Source: a virus. From it: a DNA stretch of 64,000 nucleotides. Positions 1-8,492 of the stretch are shown one piece after another. The stretch covers positions 24,173-88,172 of IMG/VR virus record IMGVR_UViG_3300005532_000007, one strand, 5' to 3'. The position numbers and the translations under genes were made by a program. The stretch's first letter is position 1. Each line of letters begins with the position of its first letter. Below the pieces are notes generated by a model. It was given only the letters and a program-made list of their open reading frames with translations, was not told the DNA's origin and did no database searches.

Positions 1-8
1 GGCCGCGC

Positions 9-464
9 ATGGGTTCGCAGGGCGCGAACATGGTGATCGCGACCGCGCCGACCTCCGGGATGGGTACCTGGACCTCCGGGTACAGCGCCGGGTACGGCGT
101 GGATGAGGCGGACCTGGCCGCCGGGTATCCGCTGCTGGAGACCGCGGTGCAGTACAACGGGGCGGCGATCACCAGCCAGGCGCAGATCGACGCCTACGCC
201 GACGGGTACCTGGGCATCACCGGGCACTCCCCGACGGTGCCGCCGATCGTGATTGACACCTCCTCGCCGTCGGCGCCGGCGATCCGGGCCCTGGGGCTCG
301 GGGACCGGGCGGCGCTGCTGGCGACCTCGCCGCGGCACCCGGCGCGCGCGGACGGCTCCCCCGGGCTGCAGGCGGTGGTGCGCGTGATCGGCTGGCAGGT
401 GGTGCCTCCGGACGACGGCCAGGACGGGAAGATCACGTTGACGGCGGGGGATGTGGCGGCATGA
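9..464 (+). CDS. Phage minor tail protein, C-terminal part (ORF probably begins upstream of the window)
   Basis: Ends in LGLGDR...VRVIGWQVVP...KITLT, typical of actinophage minor tail C-termini; ATGA overlap with the next gene. Confidence 0.6.
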   Translation: MGSQGANMVIATAPTSGMGTWTSGYSAGYGVDEADLAAGYPLLETAVQYNGAAITSQAQIDAYADGYLGITGHSPTVPPIVIDTSSPSAPAIRALGLGDRAALLATSPRHPARADGSPGLQAVVRVIGWQVVPPDDGQDGKITLTAGDVAA

Positions 465-1291
465 CGCAGTATCCGACGCCGGTCGAGCAGGCGCTGCCGA
501 AACTGATCCGCGACCTGAGGGCGCGGGTGACATCGCTTGAGCAGCGCACCAACGCGCTCGGTTCGGCGGCCGGCACCGGGGCGCTCTCCCTGCCCGCGGT
601 CACGGTGACGGGGCCGAACGGGACGCTGACGCTGGCGCAGAACCCGTCGCTGCCTTCCCCCGGCACCAGCAGCCCGGCGCTGATCCTGAGCGACGGGCAG
701 GGGTCCAGCGCGTACGCGCCGCAGCTGTACAGCCACGAGGTCACTGCGGGCAGTAATCAGCCGTTCGAGGAGCTGGTGGCGGCGGGCCCGCAGTCCTCGG
801 CGGACACGCAACTGTCCGCGGCGAGCATGGTGCTGGACGGCGGGGGGACGGGGGTGAACGCGGCGCGCGGCGCGCTCAAGTGGGCGCAGAACGTGGGCGC
901 CGCGGCGCTGGCCGCTGTGGGGTGGGATCAGTGGGGTGTCACCCTGGCGCAGCCCGCGTCCGGGTCGGCCGCCTCCGGTGGGGCGCAGGTGACCGGGTCG
1001 GCGGTGCAGAACGATGTCGCGCCGTCCGGTGGTTCCAGCGCGAAGTTCGTGCGCATGGGCGTGTTGTCCGGGACGACGGACGGATCGGGGAACCTGGCGG
1101 TCACCGGCCTGGCGCTGGGTTTCACCCCGTCCGGGGTGGTGGTGATGCGCAACGGCGGCACAGGGCCGGCCGCGGTGGCGTGCAAGTCGGCGTCGGGCCT
1201 GTCGTCGTCGGGGTTCTCAACCTATTGGGACAACGCCGGGGTGGCTTACGCATCCAGTGCGGTCGCGGGCTGGTTCATCGTGTTCGGCTGA
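461..1291 (+). CDS. Phage minor tail / tail fibre-like protein
   Basis: N-terminal LIRDLRARVTSLEQR coiled coil followed by a Gly/Ser/Ala/Thr-rich beta-type region; last gene of the + strand tail run. Confidence 0.6.
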   Translation: MTQYPTPVEQALPKLIRDLRARVTSLEQRTNALGSAAGTGALSLPAVTVTGPNGTLTLAQNPSLPSPGTSSPALILSDGQGSSAYAPQLYSHEVTAGSNQPFEELVAAGPQSSADTQLSAASMVLDGGGTGVNAARGALKWAQNVGAAALAAVGWDQWGVTLAQPASGSAASGGAQVTGSAVQNDVAPSGGSSAKFVRMGVLSGTTDGSGNLAVTGLALGFTPSGVVVMRNGGTGPAAVACKSASGLSSSGFSTYWDNAGVAYASSAVAGWFIVFG

Positions 1292-1707
1292 GCGGGCGGC
1301 ACGGTGATGGCTTCCTCGGTCGCGGCGCCGTGGTGGATGCGCCAGGCGCGCAGCACCGGCGCGGCTGGGTCTTTGAGCGACACGATCAGGTAGAGGGTCT
1401 GCGGGTCGGCGGCGTGCAGGATGTCCACGGCGGAGGGCCGCGCTTCGGTGGCGGTGTGGGAGTGCACGATCGCGAGGGGGTCTTCGCCGCGCTGGTCCAT
1501 GTCCTGGTAGGCGGCGAGCTGTTGGGCGGGGTCGAACTGGTAGAGGTAGGGGCGTGCGGGCTCGTGGGCGGCGTTGCGCATGGGGATGTACCGGGTGGGG
1601 GTGTGGCTGCCGGGTGGTCCGGCGAGGATGCCGCAGGCTTCGTCGGGTTTCGCGGCGAGGGTGTGCGCGAGTATTTCGTGGCGCAGGGCCTGGGTGAGGG
1701 TCAGCAC
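1246..1707 (-). CDS. JAMM/MPN+ (M67) metallo-isopeptidase, Mec-like
   Basis: EACGIL Glu plus HSHTATEARPSAVD (HxH-x7-S-x2-D) JAMM motif; GTG start at 1707 overlaps the upstream stop. Confidence 0.85.
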   Translation of the reverse strand: MLTLTQALRHEILAHTLAAKPDEACGILAGPPGSHTPTRYIPMRNAAHEPARPYLYQFDPAQQLAAYQDMDQRGEDPLAIVHSHTATEARPSAVDILHAADPQTLYLIVSLKDPAAPVLRAWRIHHGAATEEAITVPPAQPNTMNQPATALDA

Positions 1708-1940
1708 GGTGTTTCCGGGTCCGGGTAGACGATGCGGGTCGCGCCGCCGTGTCCGTTGATCGCGATTAGGTCGTCGAGGCTGTCCCAGTGGACGGTGGAT
1801 GGCCGGGCGCCTCGCCAGCGGACGGTGATGGTGCCGTCGGGCCATTGCACGCCGTCGGCGACGTGCCCGGTGCCGGAGATCCCGCTCACGTCCACGTCCC
1901 GCTCGAGGCGGAACAACCGCGGCGCTGGTCCCCCGCTCAT
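1701..1940 (-). CDS. Small conserved-type actinophage hypothetical protein
   Basis: DVSGISGTGHVADGVQWPDG...HGGATRIV pattern; translationally coupled on both sides. Confidence 0.7.
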   Translation of the reverse strand: MSGGPAPRLFRLERDVDVSGISGTGHVADGVQWPDGTITVRWRGARPSTVHWDSLDDLIAINGHGGATRIVYPDPETPC

Positions 1941-2521
1941 CGGGCGGTCGCGTGTTCGTCAAGGAATCGGGCGATCACTCGGTTGTGTCGGGCGTCCTGC
2001 AGAGCGTTGTGGTGCCCGTCGATCTGCGGTGGCATGTCGTCATCGCTTAGTCCGAGGCGCGCGGCTTCCTGCTTGAGGTCGTTGGTCCACATCGGGATGC
2101 CGTCGGGCAGGTCGATCATCCGGCCGAACAGCTGCGCTAGTACCACGTGGTCGTAGGCGCCGTACCAGGCCCACAGCTGCGGGCTCGGGTGGCTAAGGAT
2201 GAATCTGCTCACGTCGTGGGCGATCTGCGCGCGGGTCGCCACCTCGTCGGCGCCCCAGTTGAACAGGCGCTTGACGTGTCGGTACGCGGATGCGCCTTCG
2301 CTCATGGACGCGAGGAGCATCATCCGGGCATCGCCGCGCACCTGGGGCAGCGACGGCCACACGTTGGCCATCAGCCAGTCGTTCTTGGCGAAGGCCTTGC
2401 GGTCGAACTCAGAGCTGACGGCGTAGTACTCGGCACCGGTTTCGGCGACGATGCCGATCGAGACGAGGTCGATCGTCTTGCCGTCTTCGATGAACTCGCA
2501 GTCGTAGAAGAGCCTTGTCAT
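1937..2521 (-). CDS. DEDDh 3'-5' exoribonuclease, RNase AS/Rv2179c-like
   Basis: FYDCEFIEDG (ExoI), WAWYGAYDHV (ExoII), HNALQDARHN (ExoIII). Confidence 0.85.
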   Translation of the reverse strand: MTRLFYDCEFIEDGKTIDLVSIGIVAETGAEYYAVSSEFDRKAFAKNDWLMANVWPSLPQVRGDARMMLLASMSEGASAYRHVKRLFNWGADEVATRAQIAHDVSRFILSHPSPQLWAWYGAYDHVVLAQLFGRMIDLPDGIPMWTNDLKQEAARLGLSDDDMPPQIDGHHNALQDARHNRVIARFLDEHATAR

Positions 2522-2757
2522 TGTTCGCGCTCGATCCTGCTCGGGCCGATCCGCTGGAACGTGACGACCAGATCGCGATGCCGCCGCGGCTCCAGCGGGC
2601 CGCGCACCACGAGCTTCGTGCCGTCGTCCGCCACCGACTCCACAAACGCCACATGCGACTGGCCGTCACCGGCCTGCACGTGCATCAGATCCCCTAGCCG
2701 CGGCGGCACATGCCCGCACGCGGTCTGGACTGGCCGGTCGATCACAAGAGTGTCCAT
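2518..2757 (-). CDS. Hypothetical protein
   Basis: ATGA-coupled ORF in a reverse-strand operon. Confidence 0.55.
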   Translation of the reverse strand: MDTLVIDRPVQTACGHVPPRLGDLMHVQAGDGQSHVAFVESVADDGTKLVVRGPLEPRRHRDLVVTFQRIGPSRIEREQ

Positions 2758-2761
2758 GCCG

Positions 2762-2962
2762 CTAGTCGCCGATCCGATCGTGGAGCACGTGCTTGCCGTC
2801 GCTGTCCTTGCCGACGCTGACCCAGGCGTCGCCGACGCCGAGCTCCAGGCGCATATTCGGGGAGATCCGCACTCCGGTCTTCGCCTCGACCTCGTCCAGC
2901 AGCTCCAGCGCTTGGGCGAGTTGCCGCAACTCCTGCGGGCTCGCCACGATCGGCATGCTCAC
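2762..2962 (-). CDS. Hypothetical protein
   Basis: GTGA overlap with upstream gene; MPIVASPQELRQLAQ... Confidence 0.5.
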   Translation of the reverse strand: MSMPIVASPQELRQLAQALELLDEVEAKTGVRISPNMRLELGVGDAWVSVGKDSDGKHVLHDRIGD

Positions 2963-3282
2963 GGCTGCTCCGGTACGTGCGGCTGCTGCGGGTGCTCCAG
3001 CGCGTACGCGATCCGCGCGTCCTGGATCGCGTCCCAGTGCTGCGAGACCCACGCCCCGAACCCGGGATCCTCCAGGGACGGTGTGGCCTGCTGCGCGAGC
3101 GCCGCCAACCCCTCCAGCTCGCCGCGCACCGACCCCAGATCCGCGTTCAACACCGCGACCGCCTGCTGAGACTCCGCCAGCGCGCTCTGCGCGAACGCCA
3201 AATCGTGCGTAACCTCCGCGAGCCTGCTGCGATACCACTCCACGACGTTCGCCGCGTTCGCCCGCACCTGCTGCCCGCTCAT
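2959..3282 (-). CDS. Coiled-coil hypothetical protein
   Basis: MSGQQVRAN... with heptad pattern; ATGA coupling. Confidence 0.55.
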   Translation of the reverse strand: MSGQQVRANAANVVEWYRSRLAEVTHDLAFAQSALAESQQAVAVLNADLGSVRGELEGLAALAQQATPSLEDPGFGAWVSQHWDAIQDARIAYALEHPQQPHVPEQP

Positions 3283-3773
3283 GCCCGGCCCCTCCCCTGC
3301 GTGCTGTTCATCGCCGCCATGGCCTGCGCCGCGGCCTGCCCCATCGCCGTGCGCCGCCGCGCATCCTGCGCGAGGCTCAGGATCGCCCGATTCCAGTCCC
3401 GGACGCGGTGCTGCGGGATCAGGATCCCGGTGACGCCGTCCACGATCAGGCCGCGCAGCGGCCACCGCGCGGTCGCGATGACGGGAACGCCGGCGCGCAT
3501 GACCGCGGTGGCGCGTTTCGCCAGAGCCGCGCCGTCCACCGGGGGCCGGATCAACGGGGCGAGCATGATGTGGAAGTCGCGTGCGGCACCGGGCGGGCTG
3601 ATGCGCCAGCGGCCTTCGAGCCGCCACAGCGGTTCGTCGGCGGCGCCGGGGTAGCCGATGGTGTGCACGCTGATCGCGGGTTCGGCGAGGGCGGCGCGCA
3701 GGATCTCGTCCTGGATGGAGGTCAGGTGCGGGGCGTCGGCGGGGGCGCCTTCCCAGCCGACGATCACGTCCAC
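3279..3773 (-). CDS. Degenerate glycosyltransferase family 1 (GT-B) C-terminal-domain protein
   Basis: AVMRAGVPVIAT...IVDGVTGILIP...RRTAMGQAA resembles the GT4 C-domain; the EAM Glu is missing. Confidence 0.6.
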   Translation of the reverse strand: MDVIVGWEGAPADAPHLTSIQDEILRAALAEPAISVHTIGYPGAADEPLWRLEGRWRISPPGAARDFHIMLAPLIRPPVDGAALAKRATAVMRAGVPVIATARWPLRGLIVDGVTGILIPQHRVRDWNRAILSLAQDARRRTAMGQAAAQAMAAMNSTQGRGRA

Positions 3774-3852
3774 GCGTTGCCTTTCCGGTGGTCTCGGCCC
3801 GAGATGCTGAGTGATTGTAACCTTTCCGTGGGTTAAGCATCAGGAGGCCGTC

Positions 3853-4146
3853 ATGGCGTGGCTCGCGCACATCCTCGGCATCGACAACGTCTCCGGGGCC
3901 TGGTACGCGTTCTGGTCGGGCTTCGGGTCCGACCTCGGTGAGGTCGCGATCGTCGGGAGCCTGTTGGCGGCGTACCGGCGGCATACCTGCCATGTCGATA
4001 GCCCGCGGTTCTGCTGGCGCCCCGGGGTGCATCCCGTGGAGGGAACGCCGTACAAGGTGTGCAAGCGGCATCATCCGCGCGTTCCGGACGCCGTATCCGC
4101 GCATCACATCGCTCAGGCACATCAACAGGCGAGCGCTGATTCCTAG
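3853..4146 (+). CDS. Small membrane protein with Cys/His-rich tail at the start of the lysis cassette
   Basis: GGAGG RBS; hydrophobic WYAFWSGFGS segment; CH...CW...CKRHHP. Confidence 0.65.
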   Translation: MAWLAHILGIDNVSGAWYAFWSGFGSDLGEVAIVGSLLAAYRRHTCHVDSPRFCWRPGVHPVEGTPYKVCKRHHPRVPDAVSAHHIAQAHQQASADS

Positions 4147-4224
4147 CGGCTGGGTGCAGGAACACGAGCGGCGAGTACCATCGCCTCAGCACTAGTTACA
4201 GTCCCTCACAATCAGGAGCACCGC

Positions 4225-4626
4225 ATGTCTCTGGGTGAACTTCTCGCGGACGCTAAGGACGCGATCTCCCGGCTGCTCACGCACGCCGACCCGCAGGTGA
4301 CCGCGATCGCCCAGGAGGTGCACGACAAGGTCGGCGCCGCGCTGGAGCAGGCCGGTGCGGACGCCGCGGCGCTGGGGCACGAGGCGGTCGCGGACGCCGA
4401 GCAGCTCGGGCGCGAGGGTTCCGCCGCGGTCGCGCCGCTCGTGACGGAGGCCGAGCACGACGTGCAGGAGCTCGGCGGCGAGGCCGTGCATGACGCGGAG
4501 AGCATCGCGCAGTCGGCGGCCTCACCGCAGCAGGCCGCGGCCACCGAGCCCGCCCCCGCGCCGACCCCGGAGGCGCCGGCCGAGGGCGCCGCTCCCGAGG
4601 CCGAGCCGTCCGCGCCGACCGCATAA
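4225..4626 (+). CDS. Acidic Ala-rich hypothetical protein
   Basis: AGGAG RBS; repeated HD/HE..V motifs. Confidence 0.6.
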   Translation: MSLGELLADAKDAISRLLTHADPQVTAIAQEVHDKVGAALEQAGADAAALGHEAVADAEQLGREGSAAVAPLVTEAEHDVQELGGEAVHDAESIAQSAASPQQAAATEPAPAPTPEAPAEGAAPEAEPSAPTA

Positions 4627-4710
4627 CGGCGGCAGCGCCACACATCTGTACGGGCCACCGCCACCATCCCCGGGCGGTGGCCCGTCACATACCCCCGGAA
4701 GGAGCCGCCG

Positions 4711-5505
4711 GTGAGCAGGAGCATGTATGACGGCGTGGACGCCTCGAGGCTGCCCGCCGGCGCGCAGCTCGTCGCCGGCTACGTCGACGGCCTCTACGCG
4801 TGGTCCGACGCGGACTGGGCGAGGTTCCCGAACTCGGTGAAGGTCCGCATCGCCTGCTTCGCCGACACCGACGACGGCGAGGTCCTGGACGTCGAACCCG
4901 GCAACGCCACCCCGGCCGAATCAGTGGACTGGGTTCTGATGCGGCGGCGCGCCGGAGCGGACCCGACCGTGTACATGAACACGTCCACCTGGCCCACCGT
5001 GCGTTCCGCGTTCGCCGCGCGGAACGTGGCCGAACCGCACTACTGGGTCGCGCAGTACGACGGCGTCGCCACGCTGCCCGCCGGGGCGCACGCCAAGCAG
5101 TACTACAACAACGACCAGGCCGGATACGACCTGTCCGTGGTCGCGGACTACTGGCCCGGCATCGACCGCGCACCCGCCGGGGGCGCCGCTGTGAACCTGA
5201 CCCCCGCGGACACGCGCAGGAGGAACGACATGCACGTCGACCTGAAGCCGAACACCCCCGTGGTGTTCACCAACCCGGCCGCCGCGCTCGGCGGCACCTC
5301 CACGCTGCTGCTCGCCTCCGACTTCGGCGACGCGACCGTGCGGGTGGCCACGTTCAGTTTCAAGACCGCGAGTTGGACGGTCGTGAACCACGTGATCGGC
5401 AGCAAGGGCGGCGCGTTCAGCATGCCGATGCCGCCGGATACCAACAAGGTCAGTGTGGTGTTGCAGACCGATGGTGTGCCCGTCGGCCTGGACGTGCTGG
5501 CCTGA
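4711..5505 (+). CDS. Endolysin, GH25-like muramidase
   Basis: LDVEPG acidic motif, PTVYMN, YWVAQYDG, AKQY and DLSVV; location in lysis cassette; AAGGAG RBS. Confidence 0.7.
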   Translation: MSRSMYDGVDASRLPAGAQLVAGYVDGLYAWSDADWARFPNSVKVRIACFADTDDGEVLDVEPGNATPAESVDWVLMRRRAGADPTVYMNTSTWPTVRSAFAARNVAEPHYWVAQYDGVATLPAGAHAKQYYNNDQAGYDLSVVADYWPGIDRAPAGGAAVNLTPADTRRRNDMHVDLKPNTPVVFTNPAAALGGTSTLLLASDFGDATVRVATFSFKTASWTVVNHVIGSKGGAFSMPMPPDTNKVSVVLQTDGVPVGLDVLA

Positions 5506-5506
5506 C

Positions 5507-5815
5507 ATGGCCACCGTCGCGGGAGACAGCCGCGGCCCGGTGCGCCAAGCGATCGACCAGGAAGCAGCGCACTACCACCCGTGGGCGCAACTGGCCTGGT
5601 TCCTCACCTTATTCACGGGTGCGCTGATCATGCAGCTGTTCGGCGGTGCACACGTGGCCGGGTGGGCGGATCTGCGTTCCCTTTTAGTGAGCTGCGCCGG
5701 GATCGCGTGGAAGCAGTGGCGCAAGACCCTACCGGTGAAAACTGCGCAGCGCGTCGCGACAGAACACGAACAGGCCTGCGCCGGGCGTGATCCAGCAAAC
5801 CCAGCAACACCGTAA
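5507..5815 (+). CDS. Holin-like membrane protein
   Basis: Two hydrophobic segments, directly downstream of the lysin. Confidence 0.5.
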   Translation: MATVAGDSRGPVRQAIDQEAAHYHPWAQLAWFLTLFTGALIMQLFGGAHVAGWADLRSLLVSCAGIAWKQWRKTLPVKTAQRVATEHEQACAGRDPANPATP

Positions 5816-5825
5816 AAGGAGCCCG

Positions 5826-6041
5826 GTGAATGGCGACCCGCCGCGCAACCTCACTCTGGCCGAACTGTGGCGGATGCTTCAAGCCCTCACCGAACGCCTC
5901 CAGAAAGCCGAGGACGCGATCGAAGAACTGGAGAAACGCGGCCGCTGGACGCGCGCCGAGGTCATGCAGTTCGTATCGGTGGCGATCGCGGCGCTGGTAG
6001 TGGTGTGGAGCGTGTACACGGCGACGAAGGGTGCGAAGTGA
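5826..6041 (+). CDS. Small coiled-coil plus C-terminal TM protein (lysis cassette)
   Basis: [11 protein letters not shown]...coiled coil, C-terminal TM; AAGGAG RBS. Confidence 0.65.
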   Translation: MNGDPPRNLTLAELWRMLQALTERLQKAEDAIEELEKRGRWTRAEVMQFVSVAIAALVVVWSVYTATKGAK

Positions 6042-6904
6042 GCGGGCCGGGTCTGACGCGTAGTCGGCGGCGCTGGCGCGCGGCTGGTGTGGTGCTGCTG
6101 GTGGTGGTCGCCGGGTACGCGGTGTGGGGTATCCGGCAGTTGCAGGAGGCGAACGCGTCGCGGGACCGGGCGATCAGTGCTCTGTCGGTGCAGGTGGAGG
6201 CCTACCGGTCGCAGGCGGCTCAGCATGGGTTGCCGACGGGGCCGCCTCCGGTGCAGATCGTGCAGGGCGCGACGGGCGCGGCGGGTCCGCAGGGCGTGGC
6301 GGGGGCGCCGGGGATGCCGGGAGCCGCGGGCAGTCCTGGGCCGCGTGGCGAAACCGGTCCGGCCGGCAGTCCAGGTCCGGTCGGGCCAAGCGGCCCCGCT
6401 GGCGCTGCCGGTCCAGCCGGACCGGCCGGTGCGCAAGGCGAACCCGGGCCGGTGGGACCTCAAGGCGAGCCGGGCCCCGCTGGCCCGAGCGGCCCACCGG
6501 GGCCTGCCTGCCCGGACGGGTACAGCCAGCAACCGGAGAAGATCAACGGGCATGAGGCGCTGGTGTGCGAGGTGACACCGTCGCCGTCGCCCACCGGATC
6601 AGCCAGCGCTTCCGCGTCGCCGCCGTCCGCGTCTCCGACTCCTGTGCTGTCGACACCGGCACCGTCGGCCCAGCGCCGCGCGGCCGCACAACCGAGCCCG
6701 GCAGCCGTGATGGCGCGCAGTGCGCGCGTGGACATGGCCCCGGCCGCCGACGTGACGCCCACTTGCCCTGCCCCGGGTGCGCCGTCGCCGTCCACGCCGT
6801 CAGGTCCCGGGCCGCTCGCGCCGCTGAGCCTGTCGGATCCCGCGGCCCGGGTGCGGCGGATCGTGCCGGGGCCGGGTCAGCCGGTGTGGCCCACGGCGGC
6901 GTAG
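6038..6904 (+). CDS. Membrane-anchored collagen-like protein
   Basis: N-terminal TM, about 27 consecutive Gly-X-Y triplets, CPDGY...LVC motif, Pro/Ser tail. Confidence 0.8.
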   Translation: MSGPGLTRSRRRWRAAGVVLLVVVAGYAVWGIRQLQEANASRDRAISALSVQVEAYRSQAAQHGLPTGPPPVQIVQGATGAAGPQGVAGAPGMPGAAGSPGPRGETGPAGSPGPVGPSGPAGAAGPAGPAGAQGEPGPVGPQGEPGPAGPSGPPGPACPDGYSQQPEKINGHEALVCEVTPSPSPTGSASASASPPSASPTPVLSTPAPSAQRRAAAQPSPAAVMARSARVDMAPAADVTPTCPAPGAPSPSTPSGPGPLAPLSLSDPAARVRRIVPGPGQPVWPTAA

Positions 6905-7407
6905 GCCAGGCCGTTCTTCGCGGCACGGCCTTCGTTCATCAGCTGCACGAGGGTCGCGCCGAGCAGGGTGCCGGTGATGCCAGTGTCTCTGGCGATGGTT
7001 TTGGAGTCGCTGGCGCCGTGGGCGCGCAGGTAGGCGAGGATCACTTGGTCGGGGCTCAGGTCGGCCTCGTCCTCGGCGTCGGCTTCGGCAGGCTCGTCGG
7101 CGGTGGCCGGTCCGGGCAGGCTGGTGACGAAGCCCTCGTCCTGCGGGGTCGTGACGTGCTCCAGGAGCGTCTGCTCGTCGTAGACCGTGCCCAGCAGGGT
7201 GTGCGCGGCGCCGGCGCTGCTGGTCATGCCGAGGGCGGCCGCGAGCCGCTGGACGTCGACCGGCCCGTCTACGGAGAGCACGACGTACGGGGTGCCGTCG
7301 ACTTTGAGGAAGCCCTGGATTTTGGTGAGGGTCGCCATTTCGCGCTTGTGTTGCGCGGTCGGCGCGGCCGGGGCCTGTTCGGTCTCAGCCGTCGGGGTGG
7401 TGGTCAC
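6877..7407 (-). CDS. Hypothetical protein with C-terminal winged-helix
   Basis: [25 protein letters not shown]...LVQLMNEG wHTH pattern. Confidence 0.55.
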   Translation of the reverse strand: MTTTPTAETEQAPAAPTAQHKREMATLTKIQGFLKVDGTPYVVLSVDGPVDVQRLAAALGMTSSAGAAHTLLGTVYDEQTLLEHVTTPQDEGFVTSLPGPATADEPAEADAEDEADLSPDQVILAYLRAHGASDSKTIARDTGITGTLLGATLVQLMNEGRAAKNGLAYAAVGHTG

Positions 7408-7435
7408 GGTGGCTCCCGGCGGTATCGGTGGGACG

Positions 7436-7472
7436 AAAAACGGCCCCGGCCACGTGGGGCGGCCGGGGCCGT
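7436..7472 (-). terminator. Intrinsic terminator after the transfer operon
   Basis: CGGCCCCGGCC/GGCCGGGGCCG hairpin followed by a T-tract on the minus strand. Confidence 0.65.
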
Positions 7473-7661
7473 GTGCGCGAGGCGAAGTTGCTGTGGGATC
7501 CGGGTCCGCAATGGCCCCGCGTCGCGCCTGTTGAGGATATCGCGTGCGGCGTGGGCGAGCCCCGTACGCCGGGGGGAAGGACGTGACGGGGCTCGCGATC
7601 CGGATCCAGGACCCACGGTAGCGGGCACAGCGCCGCCAGATGGAGCAGTTGAGCGCGGCGC

Positions 7662-8492
7662 CTACAGATACTGCCCAGTACCCCGCTCGGCGTCAGGCTC
7701 CGGTTCCCGGGAACCGACGCCCCACGCCGGGGCGAGCAGTGCCGCCGTGGCCGGGTCGTTGCCCAGCGCGGCGCGGGCCTCCGGACCCAGCTGCAGCAGC
7801 TCGCGTAGCGACGCGCCGATCGCCGGGCCGGTCCAGCGGGCCCCGGCCTGCTGCGCGTATGGGTCGTAGCCCAGGGCCATCGCGGTCTGCGCGCGCAGTG
7901 CCTCGCGCTGGGTGCGGGCGTTCTCTTTGATCCGGGTGCGTTCGATCGCGGCGTCGGCCCGCACTTGTTCGACAGTGATCGTGGTCGCGGCCTCGATCTG
8001 TTTGTGGCTCAAATCGGCGGCCCGCTGTGCCCGGCGTTCGGCGTCGCCGCGGCCGAGCAGGTGCCGCACGGATCCGGCGACCACGGCGGCGACCACGGCC
8101 CAGCCGACACGCAGCCACGGGTTGGTGGTGTACGCGCCGATCCCGAATTCGACGGCGCCGGCGGTCACGCCGAGGCAGGTGGCGGCGAGCCCCGGGTGGC
8201 GGCGCACCAGCACACCGCAGGCGCAGCTGGCGCCGGCAACCAGTCCCGCGATCACGGCGTCGCCTGCTGAGTGCGCGGCTCCGCCGGCGGATGCGCTGAA
8301 GGATGCCGCGAGGATGGCGGCGGGAGCGATCGAGGGTGGCCCGGCGGCGCGCAGGGCACGCCACAGCCAGCCGCCTGCGGGTTGAGCCGCGCCCTGAGCA
8401 ACTGGATAGGTTCCGTCGTGATGCTGGTACGAGCTCGGCGCCCACGGTGCCTCGTACGGCGCGGGCAGCCGGCTGCCAGGGGTGTGGTTCAT
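7662..8492 (-). CDS. Multi-TM Spd-like (spread) membrane protein
   Basis: About 4 TM segments plus a coiled coil; ATGA-coupled downstream of traB. Confidence 0.55.
   Translation of the reverse strand: MNHTPGSRLPAPYEAPWAPSSYQHHDGTYPVAQGAAQPAGGWLWRALRAAGPPSIAPAAILAASFSASAGGAAHSAGDAVIAGLVAGASCACGVLVRRHPGLAATCLGVTAGAVEFGIGAYTTNPWLRVGWAVVAAVVAGSVRHLLGRGDAERRAQRAADLSHKQIEAATTITVEQVRADAAIERTRIKENARTQREALRAQTAMALGYDPYAQQAGARWTGPAIGASLRELLQLGPEARAALGNDPATAALLAPAWGVGSREPEPDAERGTGQYL

Noticed and set aside
6260-6510. Tandem DNA repeat
   Set aside because: Explained by Gly-X-Y collagen coding
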